64,000 nucleotides of DNA from Octopus vulgaris. Taxonomy: Eukaryota. Numbering within the stretch: the first letter of the stretch is position 1; every line of letters begins with the position of its first letter. The stretch lies in contig OX597818.1 in the NCBI GenBank assembly GCA_951406725.2, positions 29,698,001-29,762,000 of the forward strand. The letters are read 5' to 3'. Positions 1 through 14,586 of the stretch are shown here, piece by piece. The notes beneath the pieces were generated by a model that was given only the letters and a program-made list of their open reading frames with translations, was not told the DNA's origin and made no database searches. The position numbers and the translations under genes were made by a program.

Positions 1-346
1 TTCATTTTAAATTATAGCAGGTTAACTTAGGATTCCTTAATACCCTCCATCTGAACAGCTAAGTTTCATATCTATTCTGCTAGTATTTTGATGGCCTCAA
101 ATAATGCAAGACATTGCATGAGTATTGATCCTTGAAATGGCATAGTTATACCATATTCAATTGATAATGAAAAAGCAGTTTCCAAAGATTTACCTAAAAC
201 TTGTGTATGTTACTGCCTAAATAATGCTCAGAAAACATTTTAATGTCTTAGATATTTCTCCTTTTATATTTTATTTAGTCTTTAAGTGTGTAAATAAACA
301 AATATATTGAGTTTGATGTGTATATTTATAAGTTTTATGTTTGTAG

Positions 347-426
347 GAGTTTTACTTTGCTTTTATCTTATGTGCAGAAGTCACATACATCAGTTTGAGG
401 GATGTAGAATAGTGCCAAAATGTTAA
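347..426 (+). CDS. Possible terminal coding exon of an upstream plus-strand gene (GVLLCFYLMCRSHIHQFEGCRIVPKC*)
   Basis: Acceptor ttatgtttgtag ends at 346. A phase-1 frame runs to TAA at 424-426 with a hydrophobic start, followed by long AT-rich UTR-like sequence. No homology recognised. Confidence 0.3.
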
Positions 427-793
427 TATATAATGCAGATGGTTGTTGTGTTGAAAACTATATTTGTTATTTAGATATTCATCCACTTGTTATTTAAAAC
501 ACTCACACCTAATTGATTTAGTTGTTATCACCAGAAAACTGGGAAACATGTCTGTCCACAGCTGCTGCCTACTACCTTATGTGCTCTCTCTCCAAATATT
601 TTTCAGCAACTCATCAATAATCTTTTCTTCCATTTTTTTTTTTTTCACATTACTCTAAAATGTTGCTTTTAGAGTAATATTGCTTTTAAAAAATTCTTTT
701 GCAATCTACATATGTTTAAAATATATAAATAAATGGTTCTTTATTTGGCATTGCCTTTTATTCATTATGAATTAAAGTACTCAAATAATAATG

Positions 794-825
<32 letters not shown>

Positions 826-3137
826 TGGCTCATCATATTCTGTGATATTGCAAAAGGTGAAGGAGTTAGAGCAATTTTGACTTAGCACAAACTTAATATT
901 GTTTTTATAGTAATATAATGATAAATAAAATCAATATTAATAATGATACTAAAATCTGACACAAATATGGTGTCTTATACAGAAGGGAGGAAACCTGGAG
1001 TTGCCATATATATGGTTTTCCTAAGAACATTAGTAATTTGTGTGTAATGATTCCACGTGGTGATCAAAACTGGGCTGTAAACTTGTTTACTGAAAAGTTA
1101 CCACCTCACAATAATACAAACAATGATTACAGAAGCTGTATCAGTTTTAATAACAACCATAAAAGTCACAATGATGGTATTGAATATTTTTGCAAAGATC
1201 TTTGTGCTTTAACTAGAAGAAATGAAAAGTTATATTGTCCAAGAAATTACATGATTGTTCCAGTTTGGGAAAAATGTATATCATTAAAGATATATTTTCA
1301 ATGTTAATAGTAATCAAAAAGCAAAGAATAATGATGAGGATGATGATGTGGTTGTTACATGAATGACACTGATAATTATATTAATGATTATGATTTGTTT
1401 GTGACACAATGCCAACTTTATAAGGGTTGTTGTCAATACTTTGGACATCATCAGTATCTTGCTAGTATATATTGGTTGTAAATTTAGAAAGGCACCACAG
1501 ATTTAGTTATACGATCTGGTGATACTTTAAAAAAGTGCAGGACACTGATTTAGATGTTTTTAATGATTGAATGCATTATATATCTCACTCAAGATCAAAT
1601 GCACTCATTGAGGTCGATAAAAGAAGAAAATGTCATTAGAAGTAACTCAAATTACTAACAGATTATGCAGCAAAACTTGATAAATATAAAAACTATTCAG
1701 TTGTATCAGATTATAAAAGATTACGTGAATGGATAAGAAATGTTAATACATCACTAATGCATAATACCACAATAATACATTAATGGCTTTGGCAAAAAAG
1801 TGACCTACTGTTACAAAACATTGCTCCCTATCTCAGAAATTTTTTGCCATTTATATTTAGATAGATAATGAAAAGTTAAATTAAATTAATATAGATTCAT
1901 TACTTCTAGTGCAAGTTTAGAGACAACAGAAATGATTATATAATGTTTATGACTTTCTTAAGGACACAAGTACTATAAAGAAACTAAACTAATTCAAAGA
2001 CAACCAGCAACTGAAATCAGTTTACAAATTCAACTTATTTAAAGCACTTGCCATTTCTCAGTGGTACCTCACCACTACTTTGCAGTTCTCATCACAATTT
2101 AAATGAACCATAAAATACCAGGCTGGTTCTATTGGTAACTTCAAACAAGTGTTGTACTCCTTTCTGACATAAGACAAAATCTGAGATAAGTGTTGATAAA
2201 AGCAAAAATGAATAGTGATAATAATATTAATGATGTTGCTGAAAAATGGGAAATGAGAAATAAGAAAAACTAACTTTTAAAAATTTATTTTAAATTGCTA
2301 ATTCAGGGACAATGTATTACAATCTGCAAAAAATATGTAAAATATAAAATATTTCACGAGTAGAAAATTTGTTGAAAATTTCCATTTTTGTTTTTAATAT
2401 GTTATCAGAATGGAGAAAAGTGCCAACTCCAACCAAATGTTTATTTGGTGTAACATATGCAACATGGTTAAAAAATAAAAAATGTTAAAAAATGTAATTG
2501 AAGAAAGAAGACAAAAACAAAACATAGCCTTGCTGCAAAAATATTCTTATTAAATATTTTTCAATTTCTCTCCGGAATCTTGATTTTTGTCATTGCATGT
2601 TTTTTTTTTTGTTGATCTTGTGTTTTTTTTCTCTGTTCACTTTTGCTCATTTCTTGTTTGCTGTTAACTCTTATTTTAAAATTGATCTTTTATGTCACAA
2701 GTCATTCACATTCCTCTGTCATTAAAATACTGACAGTTTATTTCACCTTTTCATTTTCACCCAAATAGTTTGTTTATGAGCTTTTAAAAAATGTCTTCCA
2801 ATTCAAAATAAAGAGAAAGTATAAAAAAAAGTTCTTACAATAAACAATGTATCTCATGTTATTCTATTCTTATGCCTTATTTAAATATATGTTTTGTTTT
2901 CATAGATTATGTCTTAATTATGTACCAGATTTCATAGTTTTGTGTGCTATTTAATCCATTGTTTACATTTGGTGATTAAAACTATAAAAATAACTGAATA
3001 AACTATTTTATTTCCCTACATCTAATATACAATCATCTCAACTAAAATGCAGGAAATATTCTTTTAAATCACTTTGTTTCCAGGAGTCCTCAACCAATTG
3101 ATAATATACCAATAGTCTCTTACATTAAATACATAAA

Positions 3138-3355
3138 TTAACCCTTTCATGATAATATTTCTTATGAAATACACTGCATGTGTTTCGCTTAATTTTTAAC
3201 AGAAGATAATTTTTCATTTTCATGCACTTGTTTGGAATTTATCATGAGGTGCTGATATAAAATTAGGATAGAAGATTTTAAATTTAGTTATGAATACTTT
3301 AAAACTGAAACTTTTGTATCAGAACCAGAGGCAAGCAGGTTTCAAGAGAGTTAAA
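3138..3355. mobile_element. Degenerate TTAA-flanked piggyBac-like MITE
   Basis: Starts ttaaccctttc and ends gagagttaa; internal blocks resemble the intact copy at 54028-54247. Confidence 0.5.
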
Positions 3356-4279
3356 CAGATTTCATATACCTAATTATATCAGCTGGGACTTTTGTCATTG
3401 TCAAATGACAGAGCAGTGTAAATATTCTTGCAAGAAAATTTTGATCTGATAAGGGCTATGAATGTTTCCCTTATGTGTTTATAATAAGACATTTTAATTC
3501 TAACCAGCTTTAAATTAGAACCTTAGTTACTTCAAATTTTGCATTATTATCAAATTCTACAGGGTATCTAAAGAAATATGGTAGCTATAGAAAATTCAGA
3601 GCAACAATCAAGGGAAACCTCAGTTTCAAAAATGGAGGAACATATTGTTCATTATAATTGAACATCACTATTCATCTATGTACCGTCAAGTTGGAAAAAT
3701 TGGAAAACTAGGATGCAAGTCAAGAAGGTGATGTAAAAATACATGATGTTGAAAAGGAGTGATAGTGGCAGTATGTAGAAACACAGAAAGAGAGAGGGAG
3801 AGAAAAGTGTTAATGTGAGGTAAAAGGTATTCTAAAATATGTTGTCACAATGCATTTAAATCTGCAACAGCAAACTTTTTTCCCTTCTCTTTAATCTCTC
3901 CTTAATCATTTTTTTTTTCCAGTCTTTCACACTCATTTCTTCCTATTGACATATTTGCAACTTGTTTTCAATGTATCTCTCTCCTTCTATTTAATGCTCC
4001 CTTTCTCTCTCTCTCTCTCTCCCTTCTCTTTTTTTCTTCATCTTTGTCCCCTGTATAACTCACTTGCTCTAGTTTTCCTCTCTACTTTCTCTCACTCACA
4101 GTTATGTCAACACTCAAAGTTTAAGCTAAAACTGTGGAAGGAATCAAACTATTTCAAACTTTCCAATTCTGAGCAGACAAATTTTTACAGAACTATTTAA
4201 TGATTATTTTCAATAATTATTACCTCAAATTCATCAGTTATAGAACTAACAGCAAAAATATTCCCAAATTTTCTGGATT

Positions 4280-4990
4280 TGTGCACTATAAGATATTTTA
4301 TAGCACATAAAAAATTTCATGGAATTACAACTAGGCTAACAGAGAAAGTAAGCTTTGTATGTGACAGGTGCACTGGAGCAATATTTACTAAGACCTCAAT
4401 AGAAATAGATTTTCTTAAATGTCCATATGGCTCCCCAGAAATAGTCGACAGCTTCTGTTACCTAAGAAATGTAGCTGCTCAGGAAGTAAAGTAGGTAAAG
4501 TAAGAACATAATGAAAAAAAGTCCATGGAGCTAGCATTTCTGCTGGTAATAAAGGCTTTCCCCACAGAATGACAGGTAGTCTGTATAAGGCTTGTGTTAA
4601 AACTGTACTATTGTATAGTAGCATGATGCAAGCCTTGGATGCAGAAGATTTGTGAAGATTAGAAAGAAATGAAGCCAATACATTCCAATTGATATTAGTG
4701 TACAAGAACACTAGAGTACAAATCAGCTACCAGAAATGGTATAAGAGGAATCAGGTGTATCATTCAAGAGAGGATGCTCAACAGGCATGGACATGTGATG
4801 TACATGGAAGATGATTACTGAATATGAAAGTGTTGAGCACTTTATGTTAGTGGAACTTGCAGAAGAGCAAAAATAAGACTTGGGATGAAGAGATGAAGGC
4901 TGATCTGAAGATATTGCATCTCTTGGAGATGACAAAGTATTGTACTGGCTGACAATACTTAGTGCTACAGAAGAAACACCAACCCATGGC
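4280..4990 (+). mobile_element. RTE-clade LINE ORF2 3' remnant
   Basis: Fragments VSFVCDRCTGAI, VDSFCYL and LYKACVKTVLLYSS with stops and frameshifts; similar to 49030-50010 and 20040-20357. Confidence 0.7.
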
Positions 4991-6224
4991 ATGATATATG
5001 TTTACAGAAGGGTAGTGTTTTAGAAGTTATGAACTATATATATATTTGTTGCCAGCAATACCTTACGGGTTTCCTCCAGTGCATCCTCACCCTCCCCTTC
5101 CCTTTACTTTGTATATTTACTCCTCTTTTCATCATTCACAGCTTCCTCCTCTCTCATCTCTCCACCACCTGGGCAAACTGCATTATCATCCATTTTGCTT
5201 CACTGACCTCCTTGTCCTTCTCTATGTTCAAATATAAGAGGCTGCATTGGACTGTTCTCTTCCCGACCTGCCCTATTCAACTACCAACCCACACACTCTA
5301 TCCCAGGTTGCCCCTGTTGCAAACCACACTTACACTTGCCTTTATTTCACTACTCTCCTTTACACATCCTGCCTGTCTTTATCTTATTGCATTCACCCTC
5401 ATTCATCTACCCCTTTTACTCATCATCTCATTTCCACAGCCTCACCATCTGAGATGCTCTCCTTGCATTTACACTCCTCTCTTTTCTCTATCTCTGTGGT
5501 ACCTTTCAGCCTCTTTCCACTTACCTACTACCACTTATATTTTCTGTTTTCCCCACATCCTTGATATTGCTCCTCGTCTTTTTCCCTCTAGCCCACCCAC
5601 TCAACCACCAAGATTTCATTTTCCTTCAATGACTCTCTCTTGATTTCTCACCACTCTCAACTATATTTTTCTTATCCTCTTTCCGTCAAACCTGTTCATA
5701 CTCACCTTTATAACGTAGGATAGTCCTGAATCCCCCATGCCCACACATAACACTTCTTACCACCTTTCCTTAGTGTCCATTACTTTCTAACCCATCTCCC
5801 TTACAAATATCCCTTCCTTTTCTTGTTCCCTGCTATATTCCCTCTCCCATTAGCATCTCCTCTGTTACTCTCTCACAACTATAAATCTATTCCTCTCATC
5901 TTTACTCACTCATATTCCTGCATCCCCCTCTCGCTCTTCTCCTTCAATTACAGGGCCTATGTTAAACCTTTAGTCATACAAGTTGCAAAATATCCTTCCT
6001 TGTGATGGCACCACAATAAAAGCACTTAATACACTCTGCCCTACTCAACTACCAACCCACACACTATCCCAGATTACCTCTATTGCATTAGGAAGAGCAT
6101 TCAGCTATAGAAAGTATACTAAAGCAGATATGGTCTTTCCAACCCATCAGAACCTGTTGAACCAACTAACCCATACTAGCATGGAAGGCAGATATTAAAT
6201 AATGATGATATATTATCATTATTA

Positions 6225-6440
6225 TTAAGGTGACAAGCTGACAAAATCATTAGCATGCCAGGTAAAATGCTTAGCAGTATTTCTCCTGTCTTTACATTCT
6301 GAGTTCAAATTCCGCCGAGGTCAAGTTTGACTTTCATTCTTTTAGGGTCGATTAAATAAGTACCAGTTACAAACTGATGTCAATGTAATCAGCTTAATCC
6401 CCTTCTCCAAGCAGCCCTTGTGGCAAAAATTTGAAATCAT
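6225..6440 (+). mobile_element. tRNA-derived SINE (gagttcaaattccgcc B box, ctttcat...ggtcgat..aataagtaccag core)
   Basis: The same core recurs at about 11400, 13460, 29720-29900 (-), 60350-60520 (-) and 60940. Confidence 0.65.
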
Positions 6441-7324
6441 TATTATTATTCTTCTGTTCACGACAAACAAGTTTAAATTGCTTGATAAAACAAAAGACAT
6501 CACCATCATCATCATTAAATGTCTGTTCTCTATGCTGGCATGGGTTGGATGGCTTAACAGGACATGACCAGCTGGAAAGCTACCTGGGTTTCATTTGTCT
6601 ATTTTGGTATGGTTTATCCTGCTGGATGCTCTTCCTAATGCCAACCATTCTACGGAATGTACTGGGTGCTTTTATGTGGTACTGGCATGGGTAATTTTAA
6701 ATGGCATCAGTACTCAAGAACCCACAAGACTAGGATTTCTTGGCTGAAAAGGGATGTAGAGGCCTTGCTTGTATACATCATCATTTAACGTCCACCTTCC
6801 ATGCTAGCATGGGCAGGACAACAAGGATGACAATTTGAGGATTTTCACTTCATAAAAGAAAATTTGAAGTCAAAGTTCATAAATATTTAAATACACCAAT
6901 ATTTTGTTTTATATTTCCTCTGTGAAGGAAATTTCATTATAACAAAATTTAATTTTGCAGTAATTAACAACCAATATCACAAAAAAAGAAATAAACAAGT
7001 AGATTCTTGATGACTGGCTGTTTTGGGAATTTCACACTTAGATTTGAACCTCCTTATAAGAAACTATTTGATTGCTTTATTAACATACACAAAAGAAAAT
7101 AATCAATCACATTTGGTTGCTTTTGCATTCTGGAGTTCTTACTGTATGGCAATTTCATAATTCTTTAAAGAGTAGATACTTGCAAATACAACTGATTTAT
7201 TTATTTACTAAGTCATGCTGCATTAAAAATATGCTTTCTTAATGTGAAACATGTTTCTAAGATAAAATTACCTTATAAGACACTATCTATAACATTTATG
7301 TTTTATTCTACAGCTTTCAATACA

Positions 7325-7770
7325 CCATCATCATTGTCGTTTAACATCCACTTTCCATGCTAGCATGGGTTGGACGATTTTGACTGAGGGCTGGTGAACC
7401 AGATGGCTGCACCAGGCTCCAATCTTGATCTGGCAGAGTTTCTACAGCTGGATGCCCTTCCTAACGCCAAGAGTGTAGTGGGTGCTTTTACGTGCCTCCA
7501 GCATGAGGGCCAGTCAGGCAGTACTTAGCAACAGCCATGCTCAAATGGTGTTTTTTTACGTGCCACCTGCACAGGAGCCAGTCCAGCGGCACTGGCAACG
7601 ATCTCGCTCGAATGTTTTTTCACATGCCACTGGCACAAGTGCCAGTAAGGCGATGCTGATAACGACCTCGCTCGAACGGTGCTTTTTACATGCCACCAGT
7701 ACAGAAGCCAGTTAGCCGCTCTGGCAAAGATCACACTTGGAATGGCTCAGGGTACTTTTTTGATAGCACA
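7325..7770 (-). mobile_element. RTE 3'-UTR-derived repeat with internal ~65-bp tandem subunits
   Basis: Tail ...ccatgctagcatgggttgg... matches the 3' UTR following the RTE ORF at 20358-20767; repeated units gtgcttttacgtgccac...gccagt...ctggcaacga. Confidence 0.7.
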
Positions 7771-7918
7771 GGCCATATCACTGATATTTTTTTTACCTCA
7801 AAGATTGATAGTTAAGAACAATATTATTTTCTTTCAACAACTGAAATTAGACAGAAGTATATGTGTATTACTAAATACAAACAATTCTACATGTTGACTG
7901 CCTACATATATTGCCAAT

Positions 7919-8290
7919 GTGGAGGCGCAATGGCCCAGTGGTTAGGGCAGCGGTCTCGCGGTTTCGATTCCCAGACCGGGCGTTGTGAGTGTTTATTGAG
8001 CAAAAACACCTAAAAGTTCCACGAGGCTCTGGCAGGGGATGGTGGTGATCCCTGCTGTACTCTTTCACCACAACTTTCTCTCACTCTTACTTCCTGTTTC
8101 TGTTGTACCTGTATTTCAAAGGGCCGGCCTTGTCACTCTCTGTGTCACGCTGAATATCCCCGAGAACTATGTTAAGGGTACACGTGTCTGTGGAGTGCTC
8201 AGCCACTTACACGTTAATTTCACGAGCAGGCTGTTCCATTGATTCGGATCAACCGGAACCCTCGTCGTCGTAACCAACGGAGTGCTTCCA
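7919..8290 (+). mobile_element. Full-length tRNA-derived SINE with target-site duplication
   Basis: A box TGGCCCAGTGG and B box GTTTCGATTCC; perfect 11-bp TSD ATATTGCCAAT at 7908-7918 and 8291-8301. Confidence 0.85.
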
Positions 8291-11200
8291 ATATTGCCAA
8301 TAATTACAAAGACTCTTTAAACTGAAAAGCACCAAAATTGTCAAATAGAAGACAATATTATGCTTGTAAAACAAAAGAAGCAATGTAAAGTATCTGAAGC
8401 AATTTAAAGAAACTATCAGTCATGAAATTGACCAAGCAAAATATGCAACATTGAAATATATAGCTGAGAACCTGCTATAAATACATTAATGGTACAATCA
8501 ACTTGACTTATCTCTCATATGGATTCTGTTTTACTACACAGGACAAAATATCCTGTATAGTCAAATACATTTGGGAAATCTTATTGCATAAGGAAGGCTT
8601 AAATGGTTAGACAAAAAAAGTCTTATTTAAAAAAAAAAAAATAGTTTGGAAACAAAAAAACCACCAGGAAAATGTTTGTTTCAACTGGCAAAGTATGTCA
8701 GAAAAAAGCATGGCATATAGAAAGGAAAGAAAAATGAAACTACTCAAATTTTACTGCATTGCCTTATTTGGCAGACAATGTTTTACATAAATCTGTACAG
8801 CTTCGGGTATATAATCAGTAGCTGTTGTCATTGAACACTCACTCATTTCCTTAAGTTTAAACTTATACAATGACTCATATTCAACTGATTCTTCTTCAGT
8901 CAGTGCAACTGTTCAACATTCATCTGTCACATAACCTTATGCTTAGTTAAAAACAAAAGTAATTTTTTTCTAAATTTCTGTTCACATCATACTTCAGGTA
9001 GTATGTTTAGCCCATAGACAGTAAGAATCAGAAAAGGTTACAACACCAATTTATAGAAATTTCATTTTTTTCACTCATTTTATAAAAAATCTCTTCCATA
9101 ATCACTGAATCGGATTGTATCTGACATCAATATACAGCAGCTCAAAAATAAATTTAATTTTACAATCTGCAGTAAACCTCAAAGTATTAAACACACTCAC
9201 TTTTCTTTTAAGTTCTTACTTAATCAAAAATATTTAGTTAGAAAAGAAAAATAAATGTCAAGAACTAAACTCTTTTTTTATAACAGATTTTATTGTTGTT
9301 CAATATAGTTTAAAAATGAAACATATAGCAAGTATGTGTATCTCCTGTGATGATACATAGCAAAACTAAGATTCTAGAGTACCAACTGCAGCTTTATTTC
9401 TGGTCACAGATGTAGGTGCTGAAATAAAAAGTGCACATTTGCAAAACATTTAAATGTGAGAAAATAATATATTGGACATTTTTCAATAGTAAAGGCATAT
9501 TTTTCTAGGAAATTTATTTCAAATATGAGATACAATTCAAACATTGAGAATAATATTTTTAAAAAATGTTTTATTACCAGAGATTGTGATTTGATTTTAC
9601 ATTGTATTTTACATATAGTATAATTAACTTGGTATGCATTTTATAATAGCAAGGCTACAGCTTTTACAATACCAGTTTTATACAATTTATGGAATCATTT
9701 GTCCACTGAAAAGAAGTATTAAAAAAGCAGAAGTTTCAATTTGGTCAAACAAAGCTCATTGCTTTTTTTTTTTGCAAGAAAAAAGTTAATGTTTAAATTA
9801 TGATTTAAAAGCAGTCTGGAAATAGCATATTAAAACAAATAACTTTCTAAAAGCAGTTATATAAACCTACAAAGCCCAAACTCCTAAAAACCTCATTGCC
9901 CAAGATATTTTTGTTTTCCGGGTCTTTATTTATATCAGAGTCTATATCATACAAAAGTTTTAATTTCTAAAGGAAATAAATGATCATAATTTCCTTCAAT
10001 AATAAAGTGCAGTCTGCATGTCTTAAGAATATAGTACCATGGGATAAATATTTTATAAACAAACTCTAAAACAATTGGAGTTTGTGTTTTGGAACTATTT
10101 TTTCAATCAGCAATGGAACACCTTGAATATTCAGCCAAAATTTGTTTTAAAACCTTTATCAACAAAACTTCCCAATTACATTTTTAATCAAACACTTAGT
10201 AATATTTCCAAGATTTAGTGAAAACTATAAAAGTAGGTTTAAAATGAATTCATATACTTGTGTATGCATATTTGTTGAAGGTTTTCTTTAGTAAGTGCAC
10301 TAAATTTTATGTACCCCAGTTCACTCAGAAATCATATCTGCACATGCATATTGTCTAATGGAAACTAAATCTTCTACCTACAACTAATTTGATAAGGCTC
10401 TGTTAGTTGTGGAAACATCATTTCATCACATACACACCTTCATACAAACTGTTGGACAGCCTCAGTAGGAGCAACTATGAATATATGTTCTCTTAACTAT
10501 TGTACTTAACCAGTTTATAATTAAAACTTAACTGTCTTTAATTAATTCTGATATGCCATCTATATGTTAGATAATACATGAAACAAAAGCATGTATTAAA
10601 TATTCTTCCACCCACTTAATTTATGATGTGGAGAAGAACTTGAAAATTTTTTTAATTTTTAACAAATTTTCTTTCTTTAAGTCAACAAATAAACATTTCT
10701 GTATATTTATTTAGCTACTTGCTAAGATATTATCAACTTCTGGCTTGACTGAATACTTGCTGATGATGCTCAATCAGGCAGAAACAGATGCAGAGTTGTC
10801 TTGTGTTTGTGTGTGTGTTAGAAGTAGCATTAGTTAAGAATTGATATTTTTCTATCATTGCATAGTCAATCTTAGTTTAAGCTTTTTAATGCTCTATATA
10901 CAAATGATTTTCCTTAATCAGTTTGATTAAGGAAAACAGGTCATTCAAAGATAAGTTGGCTGCAGTTTACTCAAGATAAATAGTGATAAATGAATGTTGC
11001 TAGTTATGTAGTTAGCTAATATCTAAGAACACTTCCTGTTTTGTTCTATGGTTTCCATCATTATTATTATTATTATCTTTAGATTAAACAGTTAAGAGTG
11101 GCCAATATCATATGGAAGAATAGGAACAAACAACAGGCTAGTTGTGTGAAACTATGATAGGAAGTCTCCTTAACAACTACAAACACTAAGTTTCTTTTAC

Positions 11201-11697
11201 TTATTTGAATCCAATGTATTTGTAACATTGTTTCGATTTTAATTTTTTGATTCATAAATGCTTTTTTCTTTTTACATAATTGTTAACTTCATTTTAAATG
11301 AAGAAAATCTTTTCATAGATATGCGCCTAACAAAGAAATCATGATAATTATTACAAGTATCAGACAAAACACCTTGCAGTTTTTGTTCTGGCTCTACATT
11401 TTAAGTTCAAATCCTGCTGAGGTCAATGTTATCTTTCAGGGTCAATAAAATACAGTACCAATCAAGTACTGGGACTGATTTAATCAACTTCTGCAAAATT
11501 TCTGGCCCTATGCTTGGTTAAGTGCAATAATAATAATTATTATTATTTACCTGGTGTTGCTTTTCTCATTGATGTTAATATTGATATCAGCAATTAATGA
11601 AAATTTGTTCAATATAGTAGTTTACTTTTTTTAAGTTTTGCTAAGGCACATAATTCTAATTTTTGTAATAAACCAAACAAGAGTTCAAGGTTTTAGA

Positions 11698-11756
11698 TCA
11701 CATATCCAATTCTTCATCAGTCTTCAAGTATTTTTTGGTTAAATTTATTATATCAT
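11698..11756 (-). CDS. SSBP1: SSBP1 coding exon 6 (last): (N)DIINLTKKYLKTDEELDM*
   Basis: tttcag acceptor; phase 1 matches the previous exon; TGA at 11700-11698; resembles the mtSSB C-terminus (IIA-DNIIFL). Confidence 0.9.
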
Positions 11757-12823
11757 CTGAAATGTAAATGATAGAATCACTTTAAAGAGAAAATGTTAGA
11801 ACAGAACAAATTAAAGGATTTCTTGGAATAATGATCATTTGACTTTTTTATTTGACATAACTATATGGAAGAGCTTTGACATCTAAATATCTTTTCAATT
11901 AAACTGATTATCTTTATTGCAATACTAAAATTTAAGTGAATGACTTATTAGACAAAGAGCTATCTCTATTTCAAAGGATTTGATTTCATATGTTGCCTTC
12001 ATTACACTAAAAAAATCACACCTTAAAGAAAGTTGGTAATTATAAACAAAGAGATTGGCAACATGTTACAAAAGTCTTCAATGAATGAAATTTGGTCATA
12101 GATGTGAGAACCTGCTCAGTACATGATCAATTTTGTGTTCTGTATTGAACAGAAAGTATTAAGATCCTCTCAAAAAAGCTACATGAGAGACATGTGAGAA
12201 CAGAACTGTATTCCTGAATCATTAGATGATAACCAGAAATAACTGTTAATGGATTTCAAGCAAGAGATAGCTTCGGACCAGAGGTAGAAGCATATGATGC
12301 AAGTTGAGGATGAAAACTGGATGAAGAAATGATAAAGTAGACAGGAAAATATACCAAAAAAAAAAAAAATGGAATAAAAGTGCTGATAGTAACTTAAGAG
12401 GTTAGCCATAAAGCAACTAAGTAAAAGTAAGTTTCTAGAAAAATGGCAGTAAACAATTTATGATAACAAAGATGGTAATGGACTATTATTACTATAATGA
12501 TGAAAGTGCTATAATGGATTATGTTAGTAGTCTACTTAAATTATAAATAAAATCTCCAGAAATTCTATAGATAATGTAGTTATAGCACTGCAAAACAAAA
12601 CACTCACCAATTATACTGTACTGCTACTGTTTACAGAAGTGAACTCTACAACACATAATACAACTTACATGGAGATAAATGAGAGTTAAATGACTGGACT
12701 ATGGATATTACATTGTATAAATGATGGGGCATGAAAAAAGTTCTTTTGGTCAGAAAACCAAGACTTGACAAGCTGTGGCTCTAGTTTAGCTTCCCAAATC
12801 AATGTATTTTGCCCCATACTTAC

Positions 12824-12912
12824 TTGCAATAATTGTAGTAGACTTCTGTAGTACATTGCCTGAATCCCAATACTCATTATACTGAAGAGTGCCACTCACA
12901 AACACACGGTCT
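12824..12912 (-). CDS. SSBP1: SSBP1 coding exon 5: DRVFVSGTLQYNEYWDSGNVLQKSTTIIA
   Basis: ttttag acceptor and GTAAGT donor, 89 nt; OB-fold motif G.RV.V.G.L.Y..Y...TTIIA. Confidence 0.95.
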
Positions 12913-13599
12913 CTAAAAAGAAGAAAAGGGATTACTTGAAAGATTCATATACAGTATTTGTGTATATGAGGTTCTAAGTAATTAAATGTTTAAAAACATC
13001 TTAGTAAAACTCTGTGTGGTTATGAGATAAGAATCAAGTTTCAGTAAATATCGTAACTAAAGATCAATATCAAACTTATTAGTTCTTATCAATCAGAGAG
13101 GTATAACTTAGCAAAATAGTCTTTAATCTGCAATGTTAATCAAGCAGTGAATTGTTAGCATCAGAAAAAGCAACAAGGTGAAGCATGGTAAATTGTTTCG
13201 AAAGTTCTCAACATTATATATAAATTCTCTGAAAGTACTTAGGTTGCATCAAACTCCATCATAAAACAAGTCTGATTGAAATAATCTATCCAGTACAGTA
13301 TTTTAATGTCTTGACCATCTCTCGGATCATGAAATTTTAATATACATTTAAGAAAGGCTTCAAACAGCAGAAGTAAACTCTGACTAAAGCTGAGTTTGTA
13401 TCTTGGTTTCAGTTCCCATTTGTAATTATTTTATTATTAATCTGAATTTCTGTAATTTGAGTTCAAACCCCACCGAGGTCAGTTTTACCTTTCATCATTT
13501 CAAGATGGATGAAATAAAGATACCATTCCGTTCTGGAATGGTGAAATTTTAGTGTTAAACAAGAAGACAAGTGATCCAGGCTATTTGCTGCTTTAGGGC

Positions 13600-13810
13600 T
13601 TTAGCATTCAGATTACCCTGTCAAACATAATGCTTATGTAGTCACATTGTTTTGAATTATGTAATATCTCATAGCTTCAAGATTTCGATCATGTGACTGC
13701 TAATTTTTAGAATGACATTGTAGTATAGGTGTGAGAGTGTAGGATCTGGATGGTTTGAACGTAAAACAGGTTGAATATTTGAGCTGGATACAGCTGGTTT
13801 AAATGTTAAA
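13600..13810. mobile_element. Degenerate non-autonomous DNA transposon (MITE)
   Basis: Imperfect terminal inversion ttagcatt ... aatgttaa around ~200 bp of non-coding sequence. Confidence 0.4.
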
Positions 13811-13827
13811 CAATTAGACATAATCCA

Positions 13828-13936
13828 TCACTCATTTATATACCACTTGATCCTTAGGTGCCTTAGTGGACTTAACTCTGTCACTCATTTTTATACCACT
13901 TGAGTCTTAGGTGCCTTAGTGGACTTATTAACTCTG
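13828..13936. repeat. Two-copy tandem duplication, 53-bp period
   Basis: tcactcattt.tataccacttga..cttaggtgccttagtggactta starts at 13828 and again at 13881. Confidence 0.85.
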
Positions 13937-14498
13937 TTATAAACTTTTCAACATAGTCTATGGTTTGAGGATAACTACTTACTTTACTCTCACTAGTTTT
14001 GGTATCATGAAAAAGCAAACAGTCATAGATACTACCCATTGCTGACTACACAGTAAAACTATAAATTTACATTGCTAATCCCTTCCCCATAGATTTAAAG
14101 CTATAAGTAAAGAGATTAATCAAATATCAAAGCAATAAACGAGCCTCTACGAACTTTGCTATAAATTTTCCATCCAAGAAATGTTTCTGTGTATCCTAAA
14201 GGTATCTATGTATAGTGCACTACTTTGGATAGGTATATAGCATCAAACACAGTATTGATACTGTATTATAACTGAAACAGCACATCTTCAAAATGAGTGT
14301 AGCATTCACAAACCATCGAATGAAATAGAACTTAGGAGATTGTTTACATTCAGTAAATGACACAATAAAAAGTAAAAGGCACAAATTGGTAAAACTTTAT
14401 GAAAAATTTCTAAAATTACATTGTAGTCATATAATCATCAGTCAAAAACCTCTCTCTTACACTTTAAAGATAATTAAAAAATGAATAAGACAATTTAC

Positions 14499-14586
14499 CC
14501 TTTCCTTATATATGCAGCAACTTTGTCTCGAAGTCCAGCTTTAAACACACTGACACGGTGCCAATCTGTCCTAGATATGGTTTCTC
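14499..14586 (-). CDS. SSBP1: SSBP1 coding exon 4: (G)ETISRTDWHRVSVFKAGLRDKVAAYIRK(G)
   Basis: ttag acceptor and GTAAAT donor, 88 nt; diagnostic SSB motif T.WHRVSVF...LRD....Y.RKG. Confidence 0.97.

Noticed and set aside
5029-5643. 204-aa ORF
   Set aside because: Low-complexity pyrimidine-rich repeat depleted of stop codons; no domain recognised.
7480-7770. CRISPR-like repeat-spacer array (also 26817-26935)
   Set aside because: Eukaryotic context, units are similar along their whole length with no unique spacers, they lie in retroelement UTRs, and there are no cas genes.
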